Shown one piece after another: positions 36,682 through 49,689 of a DNA stretch of 64,000 bases. Below the pieces are notes generated by a model that saw nothing but the letters and a program-made list of their open reading frames with translations, was not told where the DNA came from and did not search any database. Both the position numbers and the translations under genes were made by a program. The stretch is taken from assembly GCA_030704615.1 (NCBI GenBank), contig CM060734.1, forward strand, positions 33,914,001 to 33,978,000. Reading direction: 5' to 3'. Source of the stretch: Takakia lepidozioides. Lineage: Eukaryota > Plantae > Bryophyta. The number at the start of each line of letters is the position of its first letter. Positions within the stretch are counted from its first letter, which is position 1.

Positions 36682-39600
36682 GTATTGACTGTGTCCATAT
36701 ACAGGTGAGATCATAAGCTCCAGCTACAAATGATCCCAAGCTTTCCCCACGTTGCTCGGAAGGCACTGAGAAGATCCGGTTGCCGTTGTGGTTTCCTGGC
36801 AACCTCTGCACATAACAATGCCCAAGCCTTCTTAGTAGCGACAGTTAGATAAAAAAATGCCAAAGTGAGAAGGGTTGTTGGAGATGTGTTCTCATTGCTG
36901 AGTGCCCATGTACAACGGGCCTTCCAGATGTTCCATAAGGTGGAGCATCTTAAAGTCTCAAAGACTGGGCATATAGAGGCTTCGCATTTTTCCCCCTGAT
37001 CATAGTTGAGCAGGATGTTTACAGAAGAAGCAGGCCAGTTATCCTGTAAAAGTTTCCCACCAGTGGCCAAATAGTGGAGGGAGCCTTGCAATGGATGAGG
37101 CAGTGCTCCAAGGATCCTATGGAACCTATTGTGCAACATGGCAAAGCAATGCATTTGCAAAGTTCAAGAATTGGTCCACTTTTAGGACACAATTGGCCAC
37201 TTGCCACAGAAACGCACTGATCTTGGCTGGTTTTGATTTCTCCCAAACAAGAGACCAGATACATTTTCAGTCTCCCCCTCAAAGTTTTCAAGACACCATT
37301 TTTTATTCCATTTTGAGTAGAGGGGTCTCGCCCCAAGTATCGCCTTGTAGGCCCTCTTGGCTGTGAATGCAAAGAATGACATTATGTCATTGTCAAAAGC
37401 CCATTTCCATTTGGCTGGGTCTAACTGCAAAGAGGCTATATTGCTTGAGCCCCATATGAGAGCAAAGGAGCAGTGTTTTAGCCAGTGCAAGGTGGGAGCC
37501 TTCGGGTTGAAGGGCTTGGCTGGGTCTAACCATAGACAGACCCTTGCTGGAGAGACCGAGGCAGAGGAAAGAGAAACCGTTTGCATGGAGGAGAGGGACA
37601 GAAGGCTAGAAAAGGCATCAGCCTGGAATTCATAACCCGCGATGTGGGAACCAGTGGACTCGGTGAGGTAGAGGACATGGAGAGGGAGAATGTCTAAAAG
37701 AACTCAATGGTGGGGAGTATGAGGGGTAGGCCCATCTCTAAGGATTAGCTTCCAGGAATCCGGGATTGACTCGATTATATTGTTTATACCCGCTTGAAGG
37801 CGGTGGGGGTCCAAAGCTAGGTGAAGGGATTGTGGGGTGCTTTCCCAAAGGTGCTCGACAGTGGAGAACCCTCGCGAGTCCCATCCAGCCCAACGCTTAG
37901 CCTTGTCTCTCTCTTCCGAGGAGGGGTTGTCAGAGTTGAGAAAGAGGTATTGCCTTAGAGTCTCGTGGAATGAAGTGGGCTCCTGTTTGCGTAGGAATGG
38001 CCTGAAACAGCCCCTAGCCCTCCAGATTGAGGACCAGAGGGGAGACCCCTGTGTCTTGTGGTTGAACCCCTGCACTATCTAGTGCTGAGAAGGAAACCAA
38101 ATGGTGCTTTGCATAGGGGAAGAGACCGAGATGGAAGGGGCCACCATGAGCTTCCACCATTGACTTCGTTTATGGTCTTGGAGTTTGGCCCCCAAGCTGA
38201 TGTGAAGTACCAGATTCCGGCCTGGAGGATCTGATTGGCTGCAAGAGCCCTTCCTGTGATAGATAGGAAAAGGGAACCCCAGTATGAGAGCTGACTTTTA
38301 AGCTTCTGTATTATAGGACCAAAGCGCTGTTCTTCTGTCAGATTAATGCCGAATGAGTGGCCCAGCAAGGTGGTGGGCTCTCCTTCCTTCAGCCAAACCA
38401 GGCCTAAATGTCCCCCCCCAAGTAGGAGCAATGCCTATGGCAGATCTGGAAGTGTCTCCAACTAGCAAAGCTTTTGTCTTAGCCCAGTTGACCTTGAACC
38501 CTGATACCCCACAGAATTGAAGGAGAGTGGATTCTGCTACCGCCAATGTGGGGGGTGCGGCTTCGAGAAGCAGAAAGGTGTCATCTACGTACCTGTCTCC
38601 AAGCTAGGTTTTTGGGTTATGTAGTCTAAGCCCATTTACCCTACTGTTGGCTTCCAGCATATATCCAAGGGCATCTGTAATGAAAAGCAAGAGGAAGGGG
38701 GCCAGGGGCACCCCTGTCTTACCGATCTTTGCAGCTAGAAAGGTTTAGAGAGGTGACCGTTCATGGAAACTCTACTGGAAAAACCCTCCAGCAGAATAGT
38801 GACCCATTGACAGAAACCTTCCGGCAGGTCGGATTTCTTTAGAACTGCTAGGAGGAATGTCCAATCCACCCTATTGAAGGCCTTCTTGAAATCAAGAAGC
38901 CAGAGGGCCAATGCCTTAGTTGCATAGAAGGAGGCTTCTTGGGCTAGAAGCACATTGTCAAGGATATATCTGCCTTTGATGAAACCTGCTTGACCCGTTC
39001 TAATCAGAGTTGGAAGCAAAGGCTGAATGCGAAGGGCCAGGGTTTTTGCAATGATTTTATATGTCACGTTCACAAGGGTGATAGGTCTATAATTACCGAT
39101 TGAGGATCTATCTCTTTTCTTGAAGAGCAGGGTGATGACTCCCTGAGTCATTACTGCTGGCATATGGTTGGAGGATTTAATGCAGTTAGCCATATCGCAT
39201 GTCTTTGGATATGACTATCCAGAGAGCCTTATAAAACTCAACTGGCAAGCCGTCAATCCCCAGGGCCTTGTTGTTGCTCATGAGCTTGAGAGCAGCCCCG
39301 AGCTCATCAGCCGTGAATTCTTCAGAGAGAGCAATGAAATTAGCTAGTTTAAGCTTTTGCGGTACATGGGTGAGACTCAAGCCGCTGTTGGTAAGAGAGG
39401 TCTTTGGTGTCCTCACGAAACAAGATGGAGAAGTGATGGAAGGCCGAGAGACACATTTCCTTGGGGTTGGAGGTCTTGATACCAGCAGGGTTGAATAGGT
39501 CAGCTATAGCGTGAGTGGCTCTGCGTTGTTTCATCTTCTGAAAGAAGTATTTAGACATCTTTTCCCCCTTTGGTTGACCAGTTGATCCCGGCTTACAGTT

Positions 39601-40400
39601 TCATTTTTGTTTCTTGGAGAAGATGATGTTTGTCCAGATTGAGGCGGGCTTCCAAGTATGTCTGGTAAGTGTGGTTGTCACAGGAATTGTTCCAGTTTCT
39701 TTTGGCAGACGCCTAGGCATTTACTGAGGGCTCGAGCCTTTCTTTTTAGTGAAGCTGTGATCTGTCTACTCAGAGTCTGACTAACCTTGCTAGCTGCTGC
39801 CAACCTGGCTTGGAATTTAAGGATAAGACATTGGAGATTGTTTCCGGAGGAGGACCAAGCGACTTTAAGGGCTTCGAGGAATAAGGGAATACGTAGGTGA
39901 GAGCAATTTAATTTGTAAAGACATCTCCTTCTTGGGTGAGAGTTGGACAGTTTCAGGGTGGCAGAGATGAGCGCATGGTCCTATCGCAGGTATTCTCCAC
40001 CATATTAAAGTCTCTAGCTACCAACCATTTATAAATTGAGGACTCTGCAGCCATGAGGTCATTCGGTTTGCGCCAGAGTGTTGTCACTGTCGGAGACTGA
40101 GTTAGGGGCACAAATGTTGATGAAGCCAGTAGGGTCAGGATCGTTAGGGAAAAGCAAGGAGCAGAACTGAACTCTGTCGGGGACCCATATAACATCTTTT
40201 TGAAGGTACTGAAGTAGAGAGGGAGAGATAAGGATGGCTGTACCGCCCCTAGTATTGTCATGGGAGGGTTTCCATAGAGCCGCATTCTTAGGCCAAAGCT
40301 GATCAGAGAGATTTAGGATTTTCCTGGCGCAAAGCTTATGTTCTTGGAGGAACACAATGGCCTGCAAGGATATGAGGGGTGAGAGCCATGTGGGTTAGTA

Positions 40401-41370
40401 CAGACTTCACTGGCTCAAAAGCGGCAGATGTGCCATCCACTGAAAGTCCATGAGAAAAAATTAATTAAATTTTAATTAAAGATATTTATTCAATTATATT
40501 TTTATCTTCATAGTTAATGGTATACTAATCATATTTAGTAAATGTTCTCATCCCAAATATTTGAGATATTTTTTATAATGTATATTTTTAAATATTTTTC
40601 CCTTATTTAGAAATAATAGTCATTTATTATTATCTTGTAGTTTATGAAATTTGTCCATATAACAATAAGCTCCTAGAGACAATAACAATATATATATTCT
40701 TAGCAAAGATCTCCACCCAAATATGAATTTTTCAAAATGCTATGGACAAATCGTAATGACAATTCACCCTAAAAACCAAAAATCAAAATCAAAATGAAAT
40801 AAAAGCCTTGGCAACGAGCCATGTTCGTAAAGGGAAACAGGCTGGGCATTAAGGTGGCGTCAATGCCACCTTAATTCCCAGCCCCTGTTAGAGCTTAATT
40901 CCAGCCCAGAAGACCAACCAGATTAAGGTGGCAGGTGAATTGTCATGTTCCAAGAGGGGCTGGGATTTTGGGGGTTTTTTTGGTACAAAAAAGTCCATAG
41001 TGTCTGGATGGATGGATAGATGGAATTGTTCACAAATTTATATTTGTGTCTATTCAAACATTATGTATCTAATTGTAAAGTCCATATAATGAATTGGTTT
41101 GCACAAATAGGTTTTTCAGATGGCATTTGGGACAATAGAGGGACCGTGACAGTCCATTGGAATTCCCTACAACAGTCCATAGCTTCATGAGATTTCATCC
41201 AAATTCCAAAATAATTGTACCCACATGTATATGTACATATGGTAAGTGGCTAACCCATTCTAAGTCCATTTGATACGAATATATACTTATGTGTATAGGG
41301 TGAAGAATAATATGACAAGCAGTCAGTCGAAAACTGCAAATTGCAGTCCAAATTGAGCCAATGTAGTCTT
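40401..41370. mobile_element. AT-rich TIR insertion splitting the L1 endonuclease domain
   Basis: Ends AGACTTCACTGGCTCAA / TTGAGCCAATGTAGTCT. APE motifs lie on both sides. Confidence 0.65.
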
Positions 41371-44300
41371 TTTTCAGAGCCATCCTATCATAGCCCAGAC
41401 CCCTAATATTCCAGGATGAAAGGTTAACCTGCATTATGAGAGTTTGGCAAGCTGAGAGGGAACTTCTGAAATGATGGCTTGGGGAGAACAAATCTAAATT
41501 TCGTTCGTTTGTCAAGGGGGGGTTGGGAGGTGGCCTGGAAAAGGTTTAAGGGGGGCTGAAGAGACTGGCTTAGCAAAGTTCTATGATCATGATATGTGAT
41601 GTGGGGGTTATTCAGCGGGCATCCACAGTTGTCAACTGACATGAATCTGGAACTTGTGAGCAATCTAAGTCGAATAGATGAAGGTCTGGAGGATAGTTGC
41701 ATGAAGAAGTCGGAGAGCAGAATGAACCTGAGCGGTGTAGGGGTATCAGAAGGGAGAGGGCCAGAGCCCAGGTAAATAGAGAATTCCTCACCGCTAGGAG
41801 GGTAGTGAATGGATGGGAGAAATTTCCATGAGGGAGGACATGGGAGACCAGGACGGGATGACAGAAACCTGCATTTACGGGGGTTATTTGTATTGGCATA
41901 GTAAATGATAAAAGGAATAGAGGTGGTTGAAGAGATTGAACTTACATGGTTGGGCGAGGTGGACAGAGACCTAGGGATTGGAGTTGGGGACGACAACGAC
42001 AGTTGGATTGGGAAGGTGGGTGACGGCAGAATGGTGAAGTAGCTGGGTGGCCTGTAGTAGCATCTGTGGCATGGGCTTCAATTCGGAGGAGCTGGATGTG
42101 GAAATGGATCCTTTTGGGTCGTACTTGTAGATCGGGTTGAAGTCCGGTCTTGAGGCTTCCTCGATACGCTGCCCCTCAATTTCTTCATTGACATTGATCC
42201 CCTCTGTTTCGAGGATTGCATGAAGAATGGTAAAGGCATTGCAGATTGCATCTTTAGTTCTTATGAGGGCCTTGTTGATAGTGCATGGCTCGTCGAAATG
42301 AGGTGGTTCTGCCCGTACTCCTGGCAGCGTGAAGTTGCTATTGAGGAGCATTTTCTCGTCCATGAGTGCAAGGATATGCGTGGAGGGGGACAGATCCTGG
42401 CTCATGCCCGGGTATGCTTCGGTGTAGGATCCCAAGTAATGCATTCATGGGATGGGAGAGTGAAGAAAGGTAGGCAGGTGTTGAAATAGTTGTGTATTTT
42501 GTTGCATAGAGTGGGCACCGGGCTGTTGTCCATTGGGGATTTGGCCATGAAGGATTGCACATCCTGCACCGTAATCCATAAAGATTGCAGGTTCATGCCA
42601 TCTCTTGCTGTAATGAGGAAGGCAGGTCTGGGTTTCCTCCTATACACCATTGGTGTGATGCAAATGGCCGATGGAACGCTGTGGAATTAAGCTGGGAGCA
42701 ACCCTTGAGGTAAAGAGTGGGAAAAGATTGTAATTTGCTGCATATGCTAGCCACCACTGGGTTGTGGGCAATGGGAGAAGTCCGCTGGAATGGAGTGAAA
42801 GCAGATGGTGGCTGCTTGCTCTCTGTCCTTTCGGTGGTGGCTGCCGCTTTCCCTTTGGCAGCTATCGGATCAGAACCCCTGCTGCATGAATCCAGATTCC
42901 CTTGGACATTTCTGGCAGACCTGGATGATGCTTCGAAGACCATTGGGTTGATGACTTCTTTTCTTTTCTTAACTGGAGGGGATGAGGAAGAGATCTGGAT
43001 GGTAGCTGAATCATTTTCCATGTAGGCTGGAGACTGGCAGTCATTGCTTTTGGCTGGAACCTGTGAGGTGGGAGGCATGAAGACCCTTGAAGGACCTGGG
43101 ACTGCTGGGGGGTTGGTAGTCTCTCGCGAAATTGGGTCTGATGTCGGGTTAGAGATAGGAATAATTGATACAGGTGCTGAGCCAGAGTTGGTGGCAATTC
43201 CTCTTTTTCTCTTTGCCTTGGGAAAGTTAGCCTTTAGGTGACCTGATAGCCCACAGTTGTAGCATTCAGATGAGGCCGTGTCTTTGGACACCTCGACAGA
43301 AAAGTAATTCCCCAATTTATCAATTGGCAATTTGATGAACTGTGGAAGAACCGAGTCGTTTGGCATGACAACCGCAATTCTGGCAAAGCCATTTTCATGA
43401 ATTTTGGAGTTGATCGTGTTGCCTTGCCATGCTGGATTCTCCCTCAAGGAATCCAAACACATCTTGTGATCAAACACCCCAATATATCCCAAGTATGCGC
43501 CAAAGTAGTTTCCAATGTTTGGCAGATAGAAGAGATATTGATCTGGGATATAGGGGAGGGAGATAACCCTGGGGCTCCAAATTTTGCCATTGCAATTTCC
43601 CATTGCTTTAGACCAAGGAAAAACGTTGACGTTGAAGCCATGCAGATATGGGTTGAACACCAATGCTCGATCAGCTGCCTCTTTGGAGTCCAACACGATA
43701 GAGAAGAAGCCTCTCCCTCTGGCTTGGCAGAAATAGTGAAGCAGGATCCCATTGCCTCCCAAATGCCTAATTGCCCAATCTGTTGCGTAAGCTCTGCCTA
43801 CATTTTTGCCTGGAAAATGCAGCAGGATACCTTTGCTCTAGATATCAGCAACAGTGCCCTCAAGGTGATTGATATCAATATCTACGAAGGGGTGTTCCTT
43901 GTTCATGGCTACCTGCAATGCAGCAACTTCCTCCGGAAACCCTTCCATGATATCCGTGCTCTGGCTCGGTGGCGAGGAAAGAGCTGGATCAATAGCTTGT
44001 GGAGCCGTTACACCTGATGTGAGAGGATAGGCGGATGAATCCCCAGCTGAGGTAGGAACCGAGGGACATGCAGAAGATGGGTTTCTGCGGGTGAGAATTT
44101 TTTGACTGGGCTCGATGAACCATGAAGAATTCGGCGCCCGTGGAAGGCTGCATGATCTGGAGATTGGCGAACTTGGATGGACCCGACCTAGCTGGAGCAG
44201 AAGCAAAGGCTCTGTTGGGAATTGGTCCCATATAATTGCCTGGGAGGAATGATAAAATGAGGAGAAGGGAGTAGAGAACAAGTGGAATGAATTTTAAGAA

Positions 44301-45016
44301 GATCAGGTGAGGTCAGTGGAGAGCGGAGGTGAGGTAAGAGAGATGGAGAGTAGTGAAGCACCGATAACGAGCAGAAACAAGCATCTGGCCGGGGAGTCCC
44401 TATGCAGAAGAGAGGAGAGGCGACGAGCTGTGTGGGCTAAGGGTGGTGGGAAATTAGCGCTGGCGACGGCTGCATGGCCGGAGGAGCCAGAAGTTGTCGG
44501 CAACCATTATTTCGATGGAGGCCAAGGAAAGGTGATTGGTTTAGGGAGCTTTAATCAAGGGAACGCGTGAAGGGTCAAGCCTTTGGCGGCTGCGCATTGA
44601 AGGGGTGATGAGTGACCTTTGGCGGCTGCGCATTAAGGGGTGATGAGTGACCTCTTAAGGTACAGGACGTCACAGTTCCAAGGAGGGATGAAGAAGGGAA
44701 GTTCGTTAGCAAAAGGTATGAAGTTGGGGCTTGCTCGCGAGCGATGGATTCTTGATATGATTGTTTGGAATGAAGCCACCTGGTACGGGTGATGATTTAG
44801 GAAGATGCGACGTGAAAGCTGAAGGTGTGAGGTTACTGCAGCATACGAAGGAGAACACCAGAGAGCCGTTCGGGGAGCTTGCTCTCTCACCGCGTTTCGT
44901 GGAGCTCTTCTTTCTTGTCCATCCCCCAATTCTAATCTTAGTTGATGATATACATTGGTAGCAATGAATATAATTAGATAATTTAAATCAATAAATACAT
45001 ATTTATGGGTTATGTA

Positions 45017-45521
45017 CAGTGTTGGACTGGTATATAGGTGAAGGACTAGTATATATATTGGTATGTGCACTGATATAAGATAACAGAACAGTCTGGTATT
45101 ATTTGGGAGAATACTTGGTCATATACTAGACCAGGTTGGTATCAGTTTTTATATACCAGCCACAATTCCAGTCCCCCCCCCCCCCCCCCCCCCCGACTTC
45201 CTCATTTATTCTGGTATGTGTACTACACTAATTTATATGTATATATGCCTATATACATTTATTTATGTATATTTATTTCTCTATGTGCATTTTATTTGTT
45301 TTCATTGCTATTTCATAAACTTGTAGTTCAAGATGGCTTTGAAATGATACCAGAGTTGATATCTCATACCAGCTGGTTTTGTGGTCATGATACTTATACT
45401 CATACCAGTATCTGGAAAAAATACATCCACCATTATATAGATGGTATGAAAGTTTTGTGATACGTTTGGTACACCCAGTTCCAGACTGGTATATAGAAAA
45501 CTTGATACCAGTCCAACACTG
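45017..45521. mobile_element. Non-autonomous hAT-type element
   Basis: TIR CAGTGTTGGACTGGTAT / ATACCAGTCCAACACTG. Perfect 8-bp TSD GTTATGTA. Confidence 0.9.
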
Positions 45522-48500
45522 GTTATGTAATATTAGATATGCAATGTTGGTGAGATGCGTTTATCCACACATGATCTGATTGAGAGCCATAAATTATGAA
45601 TCAGAGTTGCGTGAAAATAAGTCGCGAGTATTTATAATTACTTGTTGATAAGAAATTATTTTGTAAAATATCTACAATCTCATAACATTATCGCTGGATA
45701 AAAATAAAAATAAAAAACATGGAAAAAAATCACTGGAATTGAATTAGAAAATGGGTAATTACAAGGAAAGAAATAATTTAAGTGGATATTTTATATACTC
45801 CAATTAGGTTACTTTGTTTTCCTTGTATTCAAATATTTGAATGCTGATATTTAGATATAAAAACTTATAAATAATATTATATAATGCTCACTCTCCTTCA
45901 TTCTCTGCAACATCTGATCAAGATGTACCAGATGCTCATCCTAGCTTTCATTGTGAATGTTTAAGTTATCTACAAACACCTTTGCGCATTCTCTTATTTC
46001 CTTGCAGGCTAGTACTGTGTTCATGGTTCGCTGGAATGTAGCTGTCGCATTCTTGAATTCAAACGACATCACGAACCACTTGTATATGCTAACATCATGG
46101 TAGAACTAGAGGAGGATATGTGGGAAGCAGACAACAAGGTATATTCACTGCAGCAACGTATGGAACAACCTAAGAACTAAATAATACAGCTTTAGGATGA
46201 GGCATGTGAAAAAGATGAGTCCAAAGGGAGTAAGGACCCCACTACAACACACCTATGTTCCTCCAACAGATGAGGTTTCACTATTTTTTTGACTATATAC
46301 GATTGACTACAACAGTGAAACATACCACTACCTGGTTAGTAAGACTGACACAATCTTTAAGAAATTGACAACTGTAATTATCGTCACTATCATTTAAAAT
46401 ATTCATTAATTCTTGAAAACTAACAGTCAAGTATTTGACTGTATTAAAGCATAATAGTAGAAATGGTTGCTGGTGATAATGAACAGTTCAATAAATGACT
46501 ATATGAAAATGTAAGTCTGAGTAGTAGAGTGAAACTAAAAACCATAAAATAGTATAACAATGCACTTCTTTTGAATAAATGATTTACTCAAATGTCATAT
46601 TAGCTTAAGGATAAATGTGGATGAATGATATTAAACAAAATGATGACTAGGACCTCATGAATGTACATATGTCATCAAGTCATCTTTGTGCAAGTCATTT
46701 GTTGTCATGGCTCCCTAATATGACTCCAGATTTGAAATTCATTATTGACTATATTCGTTTGAACATGTAAGATTTTCATTTAGTGAATTTTAAAACTCCA
46801 CAGCAATGGATGTTTCTTCAGCCTATTACAAAAATACAAGTGTCAAACATAACATCAAGAGCAAAGACCCCTTGATGGCCAATGTATGTGTTGTGCCGGT
46901 GAACTCTATGTTTTCTGCAATGTTAAAGCCTAAAGGGTAGAGAAAGTACTCTGTACTTAAGGAGATTTTTCAGCCTAATATATTGTGTCGATTAGGTGAT
47001 CACAACTAATGTTCACGTAAAAGAGTGAAGAATCCTTGGAGAGAGAGATATATATATATATATTAGTGGAAAATTAAATTCAAATAGGGACTCAAAAAAG
47101 ATTGGACTACATCAAAATTATTCGTCAGAAGCATATTAGATTTGGAGTGTCATCTTCAGTGTTAATGCCGACAATGGCTTCATTTGATCTTCTCAAGAAT
47201 GGTTTGATTTGACAAAAAGGCGAGAAACAAATTTTGAAATCAATCCCTTGAAAAGTTTGTTCACCAAATCCTGACAACTAATATATTTTTAAAATTCTCA
47301 TTTTATATCATAAAATCAGGAAAAAAAATAAAATTATCTTGTATGGTAGTCGAACAAATTATAAGTTAGTACTTTGTTTTTTAGATTATGAAATCTACAT
47401 AAAACTCCAAAACTAACAAGTGAAATTGGATAATCGGTTGTAAGTAAAAAGATATTTTATCTGAATGTAAATTCAATCAAAATATTTTATAATATTTTAT
47501 CTCTGATTTATAATTCCATTATTTATTGGCTGAGCTCTAAATCAAGGATCACATTTATAAAAAGGATGCAAGTCCATGTTGTAACTTTCTTAGATAAATC
47601 CTGCACTAAAGCCACCAGCCTCTATCAAATTTTCTCAATTATTTATATTTTAATTTTCTTTTTTTATGTAACTTGGTTACCTTCTAACATTTTTGGCTGA
47701 AAGATGTTTCGTTGTTGTTTTAGGGAGTCAATTCCAAGACCGGTTTCTTTGCTCGCCAAAACACTAATATGGGTGCATTAGTATCCATGGTTTTTCCATT
47801 TTCCACCGTACTAACCTCCAGATTTTACAAGATCTTAGGTCCCTTCAGATCAATCAAGTTATATATTATTATTATTATTTTATATTCACTAAGATTAAGA
47901 TCGCAGATTTGGAAGTTTCGATGTGGATATGAGTTTTGGGGATCCCTCCCCAACTTTAGACTTTCAAATTTGTGCTTTTGAATTTATTTGCCAATTTGTT
48001 GACTAAGAGACACAAAACTTGGGCTTTGTAGGGAAAGCTATTTGCGGATGTTCGAAGAGACTGGCACAACAAATTCTTGTGAAATTTGACTTACTTGGGC
48101 AAAAATGGCATCGTTTGGACTAGATTTTCTAGCACAAGAATTGTTCGGCATGACAAGTCTCCCCAAAGTATATTTAGGAGTCACCACTTGGAAGGTAATG
48201 ATCATGAGGTTTAATTGGTGATATTGGAAAAGTCGCAAAAATCGAGGTACACTTAGATTTTGCTCCTCCTAAATAGTTGGCTCTTCTATCTCTTTCTTCT
48301 AGTACTTTGCGTTGTTGCATTCTCAGAGCTATGATATTTTCTCGACTACTGGTGCTTTCTTGTTTGCTTTTGGCTCTTAGTTATTTTTTCTTGATTCGGG
48401 GTGGTTTTCTCTTTATTTTTTGACTTTAATATGGAGTGGTATCCCCCTCACTTAAGGCTTTAAGACTTCCTCGAGGTTTTTTTTTCTCATTTTAACATTA

Positions 48501-48559
48501 CATCACTCCCGTTCCACTATAGATAATACAAAAGAAAATAAATTGAAAAAATATTTTCT

Positions 48560-49300
48560 ACATTTTAGATCTTATCGGATAGGATTGAAGTATTTATCAT
48601 AGAACTCAAACAAGTGTGAGTTTGGAAAGCAAGTTCTGGTCTTCTTAGGCTATATGGTGTCAAAGAATGAGATTCAACCAGACCCCAACAAGGTTGCAGC
48701 AATCCAGAAGTATCTAATTCCAAGAAATCCTAAGGCAATGAAGAACTATTTAGGGTGCATAGGGTACTACATAACTTATGTGAAGTCGTATGCACAAGAC
48801 TAGCATAAGAAGCGACACCATTGTTTGAACCAACAAAAAGACCTACAGTTCAAGTGGAGTCTGCAGTAGAATGTCTTTGCGAGACTGAAGCTGAAACTCA
48901 TACAGACATCGATATTGATTATAATGCTAGACTTTGCTAAACCTTTTACGATTGGTCCATAAGAGGTGTATGAGTTATATTGTCTTAGAAAGAAGGGAAA
49001 AAAAAAAAAAATGATAGCAAGGCTTTTTCTAAAACACCAAAAAAATATGAAAGACAATGTTATGCGCTGGTCTGAGGAATTCTTCAATTTCGACAATACA
49101 TCTATAAGACACAATTCATGGTAGGAACTGATCATAAACCTTTAAAATGGCTAGCAACTGTGAGTGACGCATATGACAGAAGATGTCGTTGTATTATGAT
49201 GCTATATGACTTTGAATTTCATATTTTACATAGACCAAGTGGCAAACATACCAATGTAGATGTACTCAGCACATATCCAGTGGGACCGACAAGTGTGAAA
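48560..49300 (+). mobile_element. Ty3/Gypsy pol remnant (end of RT and RNase H)
   Basis: KCEFGKQVLVFLGYMVSKNEIQPDPNKVAAIQ and TDHKPLKWL...FEFHILHRPSGKHTNVDVLS. Many stops. Confidence 0.85.
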
Positions 49301-49689
49301 GATGATTTTGAAATAATTATGAAAGAGAAACCATGGAAGCCAATAATGCACATGTCATGGTTCTTACTCTTGAATGGACGTCATCCAAGATGTATGCAGA
49401 GTTGTTTAAAGTCATTGGGGGAAGGTATCACCTTGCATGCATGATAGAAAGATGTGTGAAGAAATATTTCAGTTTTCAGTCAAAATCACACCGCAAGACT
49501 CTGCGTCCTAGAGTTTGGGGCTCTTCACTTATTTTGGGAGACATGGGAGAAACAAATTCGGGGTGAGTAGATTGGAGATGGGAAATCGAGCTTGATTCTA
49601 AGTTTTCAGATTTTTTTGAGAATATTATAAATTATTGTTGTTGTTTAGGAAGAACGTAGTTTATGCATGAGGGCTAAAAATAAATTTAC

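Larger units (their letters stand above)
35341..44900 (-). mobile_element. Near full-length, decayed L1-clade LINE (ORF1 with zinc knuckle; ORF2 with APE, RT and C-terminal region; poly(A) tail)
   Basis: ORF1 pieces 41450-44281 with CYNCGLSGH. ORF2: SWNIRGLG (about 41400), IVFLQEH, RGGTAIL, DFN, KALGIDG, NYRPITLVN, QAGFIKGR, LDFKKAF, WNIWKARC. A T22 run at 35341-35362 is the minus-strand poly(A). The 5' limit is approximate and no TSD was found. Confidence 0.88.
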
